NCBI GenBank assembly: GCA_010405405.1
Contig: MU004232.1
Location: forward strand, 2,673,038 to 2,737,037
Origin: Microthyrium microscopicum
Taxonomy: Eukaryota
Length of the DNA stretch: 64,000 bases
Reading direction: 5' to 3'
A model generated the notes under the pieces. That model had not been told where the DNA came from. It did no database searches and saw only the letters and a list, made by a program, of their open reading frames with translations. The position numbers and the translations under genes are program-made. Positions within the stretch are counted from its first letter, which is position 1, and every line of letters starts with the position of its first letter. Below, piece after piece: positions 35,550 to 50,754 of the stretch.

Positions 35550-37900
35550 ATAGGTTAAACGAAAGTAAAGATAGTATACGCCTTTCTTGCTAAATATTAT
35601 AAGAAATAATGTTAATTATTAGATAAACTTAGGATAGTAAAGAAAAATTATAGCCCTTTAACGAAGAATAATATTAATAAGATATTAATTAGGTAGTATA
35701 GATAAGTAATAATCTTTACTTTTAATTAAAGCTTACTTTTAATTACTTCTTTCTAAATATTATAAAAATATATAGAAGAATACCTTAGAGTATTTAAAAA
35801 TAGCTAGTAGAGATAATATTATAATTTATCTTAAGTAGAATCTTAATAATTATACCTTACGTAAGAAATAGAGTATTTAATAAAAGTTTAAGTATTAGAG
35901 GTAGCTTTATTAAAAATTCACTTAGACATAGTAGTTAGAATTATAGGTATAAGAGGTAAATAACGTAAGTCTAACTTAATATTAAAGTAAAAGATAACTA
36001 GTCTAATAAACTCTAATACATTAATAGTAATTTAATAAATTTATATAACCTAATAATAAGTACTAAGAAAAAGCTAGTTCTAAATATTAATAATTTCTAT
36101 CTTATTAGCTACTATTACTAAGTTTTAGATACTTTAGTATTTCTAGATAAGTAATAACGTTTATAAGTTTACTTCTCTAATATTATTTATATATATACTA
36201 CTACTAGACCTAGTGCTCTAGTATATATAAAGAGGAATACTAAAGTAGTTATAGAGAATATAATTAGTCTTAAAGAAAGTATTAGTATAAACTTTAAAAA
36301 TAAGGATTTAAATAATCGTAAATCTATAAAGAAGCTAGATATACTTAAGTATCTATACTATAAAGATATTTAGCTTATTTTTCTACTAAACCTAGAAAGG
36401 GACTATAATATTCTAGTTATAGAAGTTAAGTTTAGATTTACTAAAGGCTATAAGTAGAGCTATAAGTAGTATATAGCTTCTATATTTCTAGTATTATACT
36501 AATATATAAATTAATAGGAAGATATTTTACCTATACGAGGTTAAAGACTTTATTTTTAATCTAGTTATCTATATAATTGTACTAGCTCTTTTTAATAACG
36601 CCTTTAAGTTAGGATTTTAAACTACTAAAGATATATTTAAACTTTAAGTAAAAAAGCCTTACTATTTTTTAAGTTTATAGTAAAAAAGCAAATAGAGAAA
36701 TAAACTAATTCTTTAGTAAGTAGTATATATTATAGATAATATAAAGACGTTATAATATAAGCCTTTTCATTATTATATATTCCTATATTATCTTTAAAGG
36801 CTTAGAATAATAGTAGGAATAATATAAATTCTAAATCTATATAATATTTAGCATAGTATTAATAAAAGAGTTTAAGATTAGTTTCCTTTTCTTATTATAG
36901 ATATATACTAAGTCTTATAGTTATTAGAACGTAAGGATAATTATAATAAGTTATAAGCTATAAGGATGCTAGCATCTTTTAAGCTTATATTAATAAACGT
37001 ATAATAAGCAATATATAGGCTATATTCCTTAGGCATCTATTTAAGAATGCTATATTTAAGGCAATTACTTATATAAGTTATAATATTAATCTATAAATAT
37101 TAACAAAACTTTTAGATTATAAAGTAGATTTACTTAAGTATTATCTACTTATTATAGAGCTTAAGAAGTAATAAGATACTTTATTAAAGTTAGTACGTAA
37201 TAAGTATTAGATACTTAAAAAGGCAAAAGTTAATAGAGAGCTATTATTTAAACTATATAAATAAGCCTATACTAACCTTAGCTAAATAAAGAAGAGCTTA
37301 CTTAGAGATAAGTAAAAGTAGTCTAAGGTAGAATTCTTTACCTATATTAAGACTAACAATATAAGGTAGTAACTTAACTTATTAGCTTAAAGTCTTTAAG
37401 ACGTAAATATTAACTTATCTATAGAAGTTAAGTATAGCTTAAAGGAACGAAAAAGAGTAGCTAAGCTATTATATAAGTCTCTTAGTATATAAAACCTAAG
37501 AGAAAAGACTAAGTATTAAATTAATACTATTAACGCCTTAGTATTTCTCTATTATAAAAAGGAGATAACTTAATAGTAGACTATACGTAATTACGACTAA
37601 GGCCTTCTTTCTACTCTAGAACCTTTTCTAAGGTCTAGCTCTAAGCTATTTCTTAGCCTAATAATAGTAAGCAACTTTAAGTATCTCTTTTATTTTTATA
37701 AGATAGGCTAAACTCTCTAGTTTTATCGTCTTTAAAAGGCAAGAGAGTATATTAAGCGCTAGTATCTTACTTTTTTTAGAATAGATAAGCTTATATCTTA
37801 CCCTAACGGATTTTATTACTTATTAAGTATTATCCTCTATAGCTATGCTTATTTTAAAAATTACGTTTTAAAGATATATAGATATTATTTTTTATTATAT
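35550..37900 (+). pseudogene. Starship captain: DUF3435 tyrosine recombinase relic with C-terminal Zn-finger-like region
   Basis: De-RIPped motifs: YTATRPGALV (36194-36223), LxYKDIQLIFLPNPERD.DILVMEVKFRFTKG (~36355-36450), PVIHMIALALFDDAF (~36560-36605), MGHKDAGIFQAYINERV..DVQAxFLG (36953-37035) and CLFC...HFKNH...VH (~37680-37880). Confidence 0.88.
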
Positions 37901-40900
37901 ATCTTAGAATAGATAGTTTATATTATCTAATTTTATTTATTAATACTATAATTTTAACTAAAGAGTAATAGTATATATTTAGTAGTTAGTATATATTTTT
38001 TTAATAGAGAAACTTTTATCTATACTAGAAAGTATTATATACTAATTAATAATAAATATAAAACTAAGGCTAGAATATATCTTTGCTTACTTTAAGCTAT
38101 ATCTTTTACTTTTCGTAATAACTATTAATTAAATACTATAACTTAAAATTCTTATATTACTAATAAGTATCTTATAGTAAGATGCCTATTATTATAGGGC
38201 TCTAAGTATATATTCTATTATCCTAAAACCTTAAATTACTAATAGTTTAGCTTTTTAGAAGGTATAACGCGTATTTTAGTAGAATAAGAGAAACTTATTT
38301 TCTATATATATTTATAACTTTTACTTAAATTATTAAATTTCTTTTAAGTACTTTTACGTAAGGAGTTGTCTTTTAGTAAAAATAATCTTAGTAAAGTATA
38401 GTTACTATAAGAGTATCCCTCTACGTTTTAAATCTACGTCTAGTTTATATATATTAGGAAGCTCTTTATATAAGAACTCTATCTAAGTAATCTAGCTATA
38501 GAATAAGAATAGCTTTTTAATTTAATCTTACTTATAGATTACCTATAGAGTAACTACCTATATAATGCTAGCATTAATACTCTTATTTAAACTTTCTTAG
38601 ATTTTTGCTACTATTTAAGTAAACTTAAATAGATTAAGTTAGAGTAGAATACTTATAGTAAAGCTTAAGAATTAATTTAACTTATTTATAATCTCTAGCT
38701 TTATAAATCTAGACCTAAATAAATAGCTAATAGAATTAAGAACGTCTTAACCTTTCTAGAATTTTAGCTTCTAATTCTAAGGCCACTTCTATAACTACTT
38801 AGTTAGACCCTAAAAACAAGACGTATAGATAAGCTATAGAAATTAGATAGATATTATTATTATTAGTATATAGATAGCTTAAGATAAAATATAAAATATT
38901 AAGTAGAAAAGTTTAGAATTATTAGGATATCTTATTTTTAATAGTATATATATTATTTAGGTTATTTCTACTATCTAAAGTCTTACTTACTAATATACTC
39001 TATATATATCTTAATAAGTAAGAGATCTATTTTAAATTACAAATTATATTTAAGACTAATAGTTATAATAAATTTTAGAAGAGTTATCCTTCACTATAAA
39101 GGTAATATTAATATAGAGAAGAAGAAGAAGAGATTTATTATAAAGCTTAATATATATCTATAACTTAAATTAAGGCATATAATAAGATCTATAGCTATTA
39201 TATCTTAATATACGCTATTATTATAAATTTATAAGTAATAGTTATTTATAATTAAGAAGATCTTTTTAGTCTATTTCTTACTTATACTTTATCTTCTAAA
39301 TTAACTTTATCTTTTTATGCTTTTCTCTAGCTTCCACTTCTTTACTACTATAACGTTTAGATAACGTTTTTTAAAGGCGTAAATCTACTTTGCTCTTAGA
39401 GAAGATAGTAAAACTATTCTAAGATTTTTTTATTATAAAATATTATTACTAAAGTTTATTATGCATCTATAACTAGGATTAATTCTAGTAGCTACTTCTA
39501 CTTAGATCTATTAAACTATCTCTTATTCCTTAGATTCTAATAGTTTCTAAGAATTTAGTTGTACTATAGATTATAATTTACTACCTTTTAATTGCCTAAT
39601 TAAGGTAGTTTTTAAAACACTATAAGCCTCTATATATTTATAAATTAACCTATATTTATAATTATAAAAAGTATTTTAAGTATCTTATAGATCTACTTTA
39701 TTTAGTATCTTTAACTAGAGGTAAATTAGATATAAATTACGATTATTATAGTAGTTTAAAGGAGATCTAATTCGTAATCTAGAAGAGGGTAGTTTAAATC
39801 CTTCTCCTATTTTACTTTCTTTTTATACTTCCGCGCTATTTATAGACTTTAGTCTAAATACTTAGCCTTTTTATAATTAGTACTAGCTTTAATTCCTAGT
39901 AATAGAATATATACCTATTATTAAATTCTAAATCTTGTATTAGAAGCTACTAATTAGTTATCTTCTTAAAGAAATTTATATTACTAGACGTTAGTAGGTT
40001 AGAATATCTATTAACAATAAAGGTATTAAATTAAGCCTTTATAGCTACTTTTAGTTTATTTAATTATTTTTAGTTCTTAGCTTTACTTTTATAATAATAG
40101 TATACTAAAAAGAGTATATAATTACTCTCTAAAGTGCATTCTTATAGCATTTATTTATTATATACTAAAAATATTCATTAAGTCTACTACTATGAATTAT
40201 AATAATAAGATATCTAGTATTACTCTTATTATAGAAATTAAGTAGGAGAAGAAGATAACTAACTAATATTAGAATAAGAGGTTTTAATAGAGAAGAAATA
40301 CGCTCTTTAATAAAGATTATACTTTAATAAGTTTAGAAGCAAATATTTATATTCTAGTCTAGTAAAAAAGAAAGCTTTTTTGTACTAATTTATTTAATAA
40401 TCCTAAATAGCTACTATCTTTAGAGAATATTATTAGTCTAAAATAAGGTTAGAGATTCTAAAAGGTAGTTAACCTTTTTTTATATAAGAAAAATATTACT
40501 TATTGCCCGTCTAGTATTAATATAGTAGCTTAAACTCTTACTCTATAGAAGCAAAGTAGATTAAGGATAATAAATAAGTTCTTACTAAGCTAGATAATAC
40601 TTAGCCTTTATTAGATAATTCTTATAAGTAAGGTTTAGTAAAAAGTATAACTAAATCCTAGTCCTAATACTAGTATAATATACTAAGAACGTAGAACGTA
40701 TAAGCTACTTTAATTACCTTACTATACTAAATACTAGGATTTATATAATATTAGGTTCTAGGACAAGGAATAAGCATTATACTCCTAAGATAGTTAATAA
40801 TATATAAAAGCCTAGCGTTTTTAATAAGTAGATATTATAGCTTATATAAAATTAGAATAGAGTATAGTGCTTATTATTAAAAAGGTTTTATAGCTATAAG

Positions 40901-43900
40901 GTCTTTTATAGAGAAGAAGTAGGTATAGTAAGAACGTTAGTTAATACTTTATCCTTACTAATCTATTTCGTAGAATTTTAACCTAGCAGTAATAAGGTAA
41001 ATATATAAAATTAATTTAGCTATATAATACTCTCTAAATAGCTTATTAGAAGTAATATTTTACCTACCTTATACTAATAACTAAAATTAAATCTATTATT
41101 ATAATTTCTTACTTACTATTTTATTATTCTATAATAGCTTTCTATATCCTCCTATATAGAGCTTATTCTCTTACTTATAATATTATACGACTAACTTATA
41201 AGATCTTTATTAGGTAGAATAGTACATTTTAGTTTAAGCTTAATATTCTATTCGCTAAGGTTAGAAATATAATCGCGTTTAGGCTTAACTTATTCTATTA
41301 TTTAGTTATTTATAGAGAGTACGTAAAGTTAGTTACTTATAGAGAATAGACCTATAATTTATACGTTCTTTATAAGACTATTTATTCTAGATAAGTAGCT
41401 TTTAGTTTAAGCTATCTTCCTTTCGTTCTTTTAGTAAGAGATACTATAGTAGGTCTATTTATCATAATAGAATATATAATACTAACTAAATTTAATAGGC
41501 TTAGACGTTTTATATTATTATAAATAATTACTTACCTATTTAGTATTACTTAATCATACTTAGTACTTATTAACTATATAGCATAGTTAGAGTTATTAAT
41601 CTAATTAATAGTTCCTTAATCAACGTATAAAGATAAGCTACTTAAAATATTCTATATTAGCTAGTACTAGGGTAGTAAGTACTATTAAAAACATAAATAT
41701 TAATAATAAGCATTTCTAATTCTATAAAAACTTAGAGTCTTATAACTTTGTTAACTAGTACTAAGATTACTATAAATAGCTTTTAAAGCATAATAAGTAG
41801 TAATTAGAATATAGTCTATTTTATATCTCGTCCAACCTTAATATCTAGAGTAGGGAACAAGTAGGATAAAGTTCCTATAGTAGCCTTTATTAAGGTTATA
41901 ATCGCTATAGCTATAATAATACTCCTCCTAACTAATAGTTTAGTACTTACCTCTTAGAAATACTAAAGCTACCTTAGAACAGTTACTATATAACTATTTA
42001 AGGATAATTTAAATAATTCTTCCTTTTTCCTAATAGATTTTGTACTAGATAATAGTAGTCTTAAGGAAGAGTATTTAAGAATAGGCTACTCCTTACTACT
42101 AAATTTGCCTTATATCTCTTTTATAAGATTAACCACTAATAATTTAGAGATATAAATAAGAGTACCTAGAACTCTACCTATTTTACTAGTATCTAGTATT
42201 ATATCTATTAAGGACGATTAGCCTAATTAGGCTATTAGCAATTAGTTATCTAATATAGTTTCTACTACTAGCTCTACTATATTATAAAGGCTAATAAGTA
42301 GTAAGTAGTTTTAACGCTTATAATAACTATATTTCCTTAAATTTTAGTTCTTCTTAGTTTCTTTATATTATTTAATAATCCTCTACCTATATATTTTAGA
42401 TTATATTTTAAAGGGCTTGTTTAGGCAAGGTATTAGTTAAAATTGTTTTTACTTTATTTAATTTTATTCCTATTATACTTAAATATATTTCTATGCCTAA
42501 TTATATTTCTATACCTAATACTTATCTAACCTATAAAGGTAATAAAATATATTTATTGCTTAAGCTTCTAATAGCGTACTTGCTAGCAAGTTATTTAGTA
42601 ATATTAGTTATTAAAGAGCCTTAAGCGCTAAAAGCTCTACTTACTTTACGTTATAGATATTTAATCTAGATAACTTTTACTCGTAATACTACTATAATTA
42701 TAACGATACAAATAGCAAACTTAGAAGCATATTTAATCCTTTCTTTTACTATTTAAGCTATTTATAATATATAAGGTAAAGATATAATTAAAGTAATATA
42801 AACTTAGACTAAACTTCTAAGGTTATCTATACTTAGTAAGTAGCTAATTAAGGAGTAGCCTTAGCATTAGCAAAATTAATAGAGTATTTATTCTTAGCTA
42901 AAAAGTCTAATATTTTCTCTTAGGGTTACGTTTTTAGCTCTAATAGCCTAAAAAGAACCTCTACCTAAGTTCTATAAACGTATTAGGTTAAATTAGGAAG
43001 CGCTATTAGTAATATATAAAAGATAGCAAACTTGCCTAAAATATTCCTTAATACTATCTCTTTTTAGATAATAGTAATATCTAATTCTAAGTAAAGTTAA
43101 AAACTATTCTTAGAATCTATAGATTTAAGGAAGGTAGAGTAATATAGCTTAAACGAAGAGTTAAAAGAGCTAATTATATAGTTATATAAGTCGGATATCT
43201 TAAATATTAAAGTAGTTACTACTCTATAGACTCTACTAGCTAGCTTTATAGTCTTCCTAGCTAGCTTCCTATTAATATAGAAATCTAGTACCTTATCTAC
43301 TAATATAGTAAAGAAAATTATATAGTACGCTATAAGAAGTTAGTCTCTCTTAGGCTTAGTATCTTTTTTCTTTCTATTAGGAACTATAAGTATTACATTT
43401 CTATAGTTTATATAGTATAAGAATAAAAACTTTATTTAGTTATAAGATTAATTATTTTTATAAGTTAATTAAGCTATAGTACTAAATTCTTATTAATAAA
43501 AAGTAGCCTTAGCGTATTAAATTTAGTAGTTAGGTTTATAATAATACTAGTTAATATTAAGACTATAAAAGAAGGGTACTAGTCCTTACTAGCTCTTACG
43601 TCTAGTATTATTATTGCCTTATACTCTTTTCTCTTTATAGGGATATATTTAGTTTATTAACTTAGTATTATTCCTAAGTACTTAAATAAAAAGAAGAAGA
43701 AGATAGTTAATCTAAAGCAAAATTAAGCTATACGTTCTATTCTTTAAAATTAGATAGGAAGTATAAAAGTAAAAGTATTTTTTATTTTTTATATTAAGGC
43801 TATTTTAGGATATAAGAGCTTAATTAGGTTTTTATATATAAATTTAATACTACTTAAATAAATTTGTTTATACTCTTTATTTAAATAGGATTTATATTAT

Positions 43901-45399
43901 AGCATACCTTCTACTACCTTAATTTACTTTAGATAACTTATAACTACTCTTTTTAGTTAAATACTATTTAAACTTTTAAGGCTAAGTAACATTCTAGCTC
44001 TAAAGTTAGCTATTAGAATATAGATTATTAATAGAAATAGTTACAAATATTTAATTATATAGTAATAGCTATTTTAGAACTCTATTTAGCTAGAAAATAT
44101 AACTAAGCAAAGCTATTAAGTTTTCCTTACTAAAAAAGATATTATTAAACTTTATAAGATTATATACTCTACTAATAAGTAGACGTTACTACTATCGCTA
44201 GAGCTAGTAATTTACCTATAAATAGAAATATACAAGACATATATAAAATAACGTACATTATAATTCTTTTCTATATCGTATAAAGTAATCTTTAGAATAA
44301 TTAATAGCTATAAAGTTATCTATTACTTAGTATACTAGATATAGCTTTATACTCCTAACTTAGTAAATCTACTATTATATTTATATAAGGCTAGTAAGAA
44401 AAATAATTTTATTTCGCTATACTACCTTTAGAATATAAAAGAATCTATTAGAATAAAGTATACTTATTACTTTATTACTAATATAAAGCTAAGCCTAAGC
44501 TATTACTAAGAGGTAAATTTTAATACTTATACTTTCTAAGAGCTATTTACTAACGCCTAAGTTAAGAAAGGGCTTTTTTAATAGCTAGCTATGCTTAAGA
44601 ATTATAACTAAGACTAGTTAATAATAGATAGAGAGCTCATAGTAATTATAGTTTCCCTAAAAGAAAAGTAGAGTACTCTTAAAGTATTAGGTACTACTAA
44701 GAAGGTGCTAGGATATATATTAGTAACCTAGTTATATTACTAAGAATAAGATAGCTCTATTAAGACTTAAGAGTTAAATTAAGCTTTCTATAAGCTAAAA
44801 CAATATTCTATTTAAGTATAAATTCTATAAGATAATATATTAGTATAATGAGTTTAGAAAAGAGACGCTAATTAAAAAACCTATTTATAACTTTAATCTT
44901 TTTTTATAATACTAACTATAATATTTTATAGGTTTATATTTACTTAGCTAAGGAAGGGCTAGACATTAGTTAATATTATTAACTAAATAATACTAAAAGT
45001 ATAACAAAAATCTTATCCTAAAGGTTAAGGTAAGAATTTAAGATTTTATAATAAAACTAAATTGTTTTCTAGAATATAGTAATTTATAGACTTAAAGCAC
45101 AAGGCAGAAAGTATTAAGTAGGCAAAACTAAGACGTAATTTTAAGTAGTATAATAATAATAGTAAGAAGTAATATACTTTACTTAAATACCTTAAAGCTA
45201 TAAAGGAGTAGTTTAAGAAACTTAGAAGAGGCATTAATATAATTATTTAGTTAAAAAGGTTTAGTTAGAAATATAACTATAGGTTAGAAATATTAGTTAT
45301 AGCTTATAGATTATCTATAGTTATTATCTCTATATCTATTTCTAAGCTTATTTATATATATAATATAAACTAAGATTTTAATTCTATTATACTTTATAA

Positions 45400-46450
45400 C
45401 TTTAAGAAATTATACTTAGATAGATTATTTAAACTTATACCTATTATAGTTGCTATAAAGTCGTACGCTTTATAAGACTATTATAATAAGGACAATAGGC
45501 TAATTTTAGATTTATATAATGCGTTTTTATTTATTAACTTTATTAATATATATCTAAAGCGTAATATATAGTACTTTTTTAACTTAAAGACTTTATTTTA
45601 ATTAAGCTACTAGTAGTCTTTAATGTTTATTAAAAATATTAATACTTAAATCGTTATACTATAATATAAACCTACTAATACATATTTTAGCCTTTATATT
45701 TATTAAAATAGAGCTAATATTAAACTCTTTATAATATAGATACTAGGCTATTAAGAACTAGGCACTAGAAATAATCTTTTATTTAAGGTTAGTAATTATA
45801 TTAAATATATTATTCTTATTTTTACCTTACTTATAATACTAGCTAATAACTTTTTATTAAGATATTAGTAATATTAATAAATATATTAAAGAGATATATT
45901 AGCTAACTTAGAGATAACGTATATAGTGTTTTCGTTGCTAAGTAACTTATAGACTACTAATATTAAATTATATTAATAATTAAGAAGATTATAGATTTCA
46001 TAATCTTAATTTGTTCTTATACTTTTTAAGGTTTTTATACTAAAAGCTTATCTAGTAGCTTAATTTAACTTTATAAGATAAGAAGTAGATACTTTAGCAT
46101 GTTCTATATTCGTATTATTACTACTAGGGCTATAGTCTTTATAATTTACTTATAAAGCGAAAGTAGTCTTCTTTAATATAACTTCTATTAAACCTCCTAG
46201 TATAAAAGAGAATTTAGTATTATAGTATTTTTTAATTCTATATTTTAGAGAGAGAATTATATTAGTAGGTATATACTCCTTAGCTATAGGTTTAGTTATA
46301 AAATTAGTAGGGCATTAAGCTCTCTATAGGCTATTATTATGTAGTTTACAAATAAGAGGCTTTAAAACCTTTATAGGTCTAATGTTTGCTTATTTTCTAC
46401 CTATAGTTACTTTTAATATAGTAATACGTAATAGTTTAGCCTATTTATCT
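45400..46450 (-). pseudogene. Protein-kinase-like cargo gene relic
   Basis: De-RIPped H.YNLVSVVHESLGNENTVYVISELADVSLQHICQC.QYLDEKLLASIV, an intron, then IISGAQFL....LHH..F.VSSILMN...EI.I (~45680-45990). Gene ends are approximate. Confidence 0.55.
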
Positions 46451-47679
46451 TTATTAGTCGTTATTAAAGTTATATTATCTATAAAATAAGTATATTAATT
46501 AAGCTAGTTATCTTTATTAGAATTAGTAATAGTCGTCATTAGGATAGGGTTATCTATAAAATAGGTATAGTAGTTTAGTTACTTATACTATTATAATATT
46601 AGTAAACTTATTATAGCTTAATTACAGTAGAATTAGCAAGATGCTATAAAAATATTTATATTTTATATATATAAGGACTATATATCTAGTACCTTAGGTA
46701 AGGGCTATAAGAAGCTAGCAAAGCCTAAAACGTTTACCTTATAGATATCTTAGAAGGATTTTAGTTACTAAAAAGTATTTTACTAATAAATTAAATTTTA
46801 GCATTTATATTCTTAAGAGTAGCTACTTAAGATGTTTATTAGTACTAGTCTAGACTATAAGCTACTAATATAAAGCTTTATATTTAAGCTCTATTTTTAT
46901 TACTATACTTATAGATATCTTTTCGCGTATAGTATTTAGATAGTAGAGATAGTTCTAAGTACTAAGATCTAGCGATAAGGTGGGTAATTTAGCGTCTTTT
47001 AGCTAAATTTATATAGTTATTAATATTATAATATAGGTTTTAAAGACGATAAAGATAATACTTAATCCAAAAGTAGTATAGACTCTAAAGGACTTTTTCT
47101 CTTTACTTAAAGTAAGGAAGTGTCTTAAAGCTATTATAACTTACTAAGCTATAGAGATTAACTAACTATAAGTTAGTTTTATAATTTAGGCTAGAATAGT
47201 AACTTAGAATATAATATAGTAAGAGTAGATATAAACCTTATACGTTTTAGTTTATACTATAAGTATAATATTAAGGAATAAGCTTTAGAGGACGCTAGGT
47301 ATATTAATATTTTTACTAAGGATTTATATTTAGCGTTTAGGACTCTAGGGCTTTTAGTAGATATAAATTTATAGGTATATTTTAGAAAGAAAATAATAGT
47401 TAAAAGCTAAGTATTATCTAGAGATTACGCATAATATAGATGTAATTAAGGAGGAATTATAAATAATTAAAGTAGTAACTAGAAGTAACAAGTAAGAGCC
47501 TAAACTAGCCTTTTATACTAAATCTATTACTTCTATAGATAAGTAAGCTTTCTTATATTAGTAAATTTTATTCTTATATATAGCTAGTATCTTGTATAAT
47601 TAATTAATTATTTTAAAAATAATAATATTATAAAATAACTAATTACTTAGAAACGTAAGTAAGCAATTAAGGAAGCAAA

Positions 47680-50050
47680 ATGTCTTAACTATTTTAGTAT
47701 TGCTTAGGTATCTTTAGAGTCTCTATAATTTTTAAGTAATAATTTATAGTCTCTTAACTAAAAGAATTTAGAAAGGCTTAAAGATATTTATCGCATAGAA
47801 GGCTATCTATATAATTATTCCTAGTATTATATACCTACTATAATAGATTAATCTACATTAAAGTAGTTATTTTAATTAAATGAATATATAGAAAGCTATC
47901 TACTTAAAAAGGAAAAGAATAAGCTTATTAGATTAAACTTTTCTTTAGATCTTAAGCTATACTATTTATAAGAAAAATATAAAGTATAAGCTACTAAGGA
48001 ATCTAGTAAAGTTATAAGAAAGTTGCTCTAGTAAATAATAATTCTATACTCTAATAGTAAGTATCTTTATATAATAAATACTTTTTAAAGCTTACTAAGA
48101 TACTAGAAATTAGTACTAAGATTAAAAGATCTTTAAGTAAAGATTTTAAGAATAGTACGTAGTTCTTAGACAAAATAATTTACTAAAATATTATAATATA
48201 TTAATATCTTAAGTCTTACGCAGAGTATTACTAGTAGTTGTGCCTAATATAGTATAAAGCTAATATACTATTCTAATTACTTAAATAATAATATCTAGCT
48301 TTTAATTTAGCTCTATAAAACTTATTTTAAATACCTACTTTATTATATAATTTCTAGCTAATATTCTAGCTAAAAGTATTTGTTATACGATGTAATAAAG
48401 TAATAATAAAATTATTTACCTTAGGTAGTAATACTTACTTTCGCGTAGGAGTTTCTTTACTATATAAAGTATATTTTTAATACTTAGTTATATATTCTTA
48501 GTAGCAATAAGAATCTTATAAGAGATATAAACGTAGAGATAATACGTAAGCTATAACTATAATATTTAAAAATATATAAAGGAGACTAGAGCTTCATTTA
48601 TAATGCTTTATAAAATAACTAAATCTTCCCCTCTATTATAAACTCTTTAGTTAGAGATTAGATTTTTTATTAAGTATATAAGCTCTAGTATATTATACTT
48701 AGCCTTTTTATTCTATAATAGGACCTAAAGTATATAAAGCTATATATAGCTATAGTACTTAAACTTTTATAGCTATATAAAAGAAAGTATTATAGTTATT
48801 ATACTCTATAATAAATAGCAAACTTAGTATTCTATAGTTTAGATTTAAATATAAATAAAATACTAATCTAAATATTAGAATTATTTTCTATAGACTAGAA
48901 AATATATAATAGAAACTCTTAACATTAAGTTAAGATTACCTTTTAGTAGCTTTTCCTATATATAATAAGATATATATTTAGTTTAACTAAAGAAAGTCTC
49001 TTAAAAGAAAAAGGCTAGCTATACTCTATCTTAAAAGCTTTAAATAATATTATATAGTCTTATTTTACTCTACTAGCCTCTAAACTTAGTTTTAACTTAC
49101 TTAAAATTAGAAGAAGAAAGCAAAGAGACTTATTTATTATAAAGGTATACATATTATTATTAAATCTACTAGTAAACTATTTCTATAGCTAATAATTTTC
49201 TTATTTAATTTAGGAAGTTGCAAAGCTATATAGAAACTTAACTAAGGATCTAACGCTAAGAGGTAACCTAGAGTTTATAGTAAATAGTCTAGGTATAGTT
49301 ATAAGTAGACAATATAGAAAATAAGGTAAAAAGATATATAATTATAATAGGTTATATATATTTCTAAACGTTTTGCGCTAGCTAGTAGACTTATAAGGAA
49401 GTTCTATATTATCATTATTTATTTACTAATTAGTTTTTTATACTTTCTTTAGCAATATTAATAAGCTAAGTATTAAGGTAATTAGTAAGGACTATTCCCT
49501 CTTATTATAAGATAAAGATATTAATATAAGCTTAATAGAAGCTAGCTTAGATAATAGTAAAGTCTAAAGCTTATAAGGGAATAATAGCTTAGAGGATAGC
49601 TATAATAATAACTATAATAATTTTGCCTTCTTAGAAGTACCTAAATCTATATATTAATTCGTAAAGTAGCTAGTATTATCTAAGTAACTTAGCTTAAATA
49701 CTAGTAAAAAGTTAGAAACTCATCTTACAATATAATATAAGTTTAAAGATCTAGACTTAAATATTTAATAAATTTATATTATAGTAGTAAGTAAAGAAGT
49801 AATTAAGAATAAAATTAAATATATTAATTATACTAAATTTAAGGATAAGCTAAGATATTTTAGCTATATTATAGTAGTAGTTAGTACCTCTTATACTATT
49901 ATGCATAAGGAGGTATTTAATAGAGCTTTTAATAATAAAGATTACTATATATATATAACGAAGTAGCTTTAAATTCATTACTATAAAGGAACTAGTCTAA
50001 AAAGATTATTCTTTATAATAGAGAACTCTTTAGTTATTTTTAAGCAATAT
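47680..50050 (+). pseudogene. DUF3723 Starship accessory gene relic
   Basis: De-RIPped motifs: KNLERLKDIYRIEGCL...HYVPAII (47762-47845), CLQGKHRVQAA...WWTVVLY (~47960-48050), IPSLFTL..DLKYIE.C (~48690-48745), QLFLY.MRH (~48945) and FH.FFG (~49440). Confidence 0.8.
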
Positions 50051-50754
50051 AAAGCTAGATAATTTTTAAATATTATAAGCTTTAGAACGTTTTTATTAAA
50101 AGACTAGTATTTCCTAGCTATAGTCTATAATATAGAAATATTAGATAAATTTTATATATTATAAAGTTATGCTTTTTCTAAACATTAAAGGCTTAAAACT
50201 ATTCCTATTAAAACCTATTTTATAATAGAGAAATACTAAATAACTTTTAAATAATATAAGCTAATCTATATTTAGATTATTTATAAGTTACTACTTTTTT
50301 AAACGCTACAAGTTCTAGTAACGTTTATATTAAACGACTAGTATATATAGAGTATATTTTATAATAAAGAAGTACTAAATAGCTTTTAAACGTTATAAAC
50401 TAAGTAGCTAAAAAGTAGGGTAGATGCTTTCTATCTTATATAGTTCCTTACTATAATTTTACTAGAAAAAGTTACGTAATGCTACGCGTAACTAATTAGA
50501 GTAGCAGACTTAAGTAAAACTAATAGAACTTATCTTATGTCTAATGCTTAACTAATTAGAATAGCAAATATAAAGAATATATTCTTATACGTTAAAAGGA
50601 CAGAATGCAAGATAAAGGTATATTCTAAAATTAAAGTATATAAATAGAAGCTTTAAGACTAAAGTATAGAAGGTTATTTAGTTTTTTGCTACTAAAGTAT
50701 AAAGAGTCTTATAATAAGTCTTAAGGTCTTTCCTTAAAAATAGCACTATAAATA

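Noticed and set aside
45046..45234. 62-aa ORF in the AT-rich block
   Set aside because: Leu/Tyr/Ile-rich chance frame typical of RIPped DNA.
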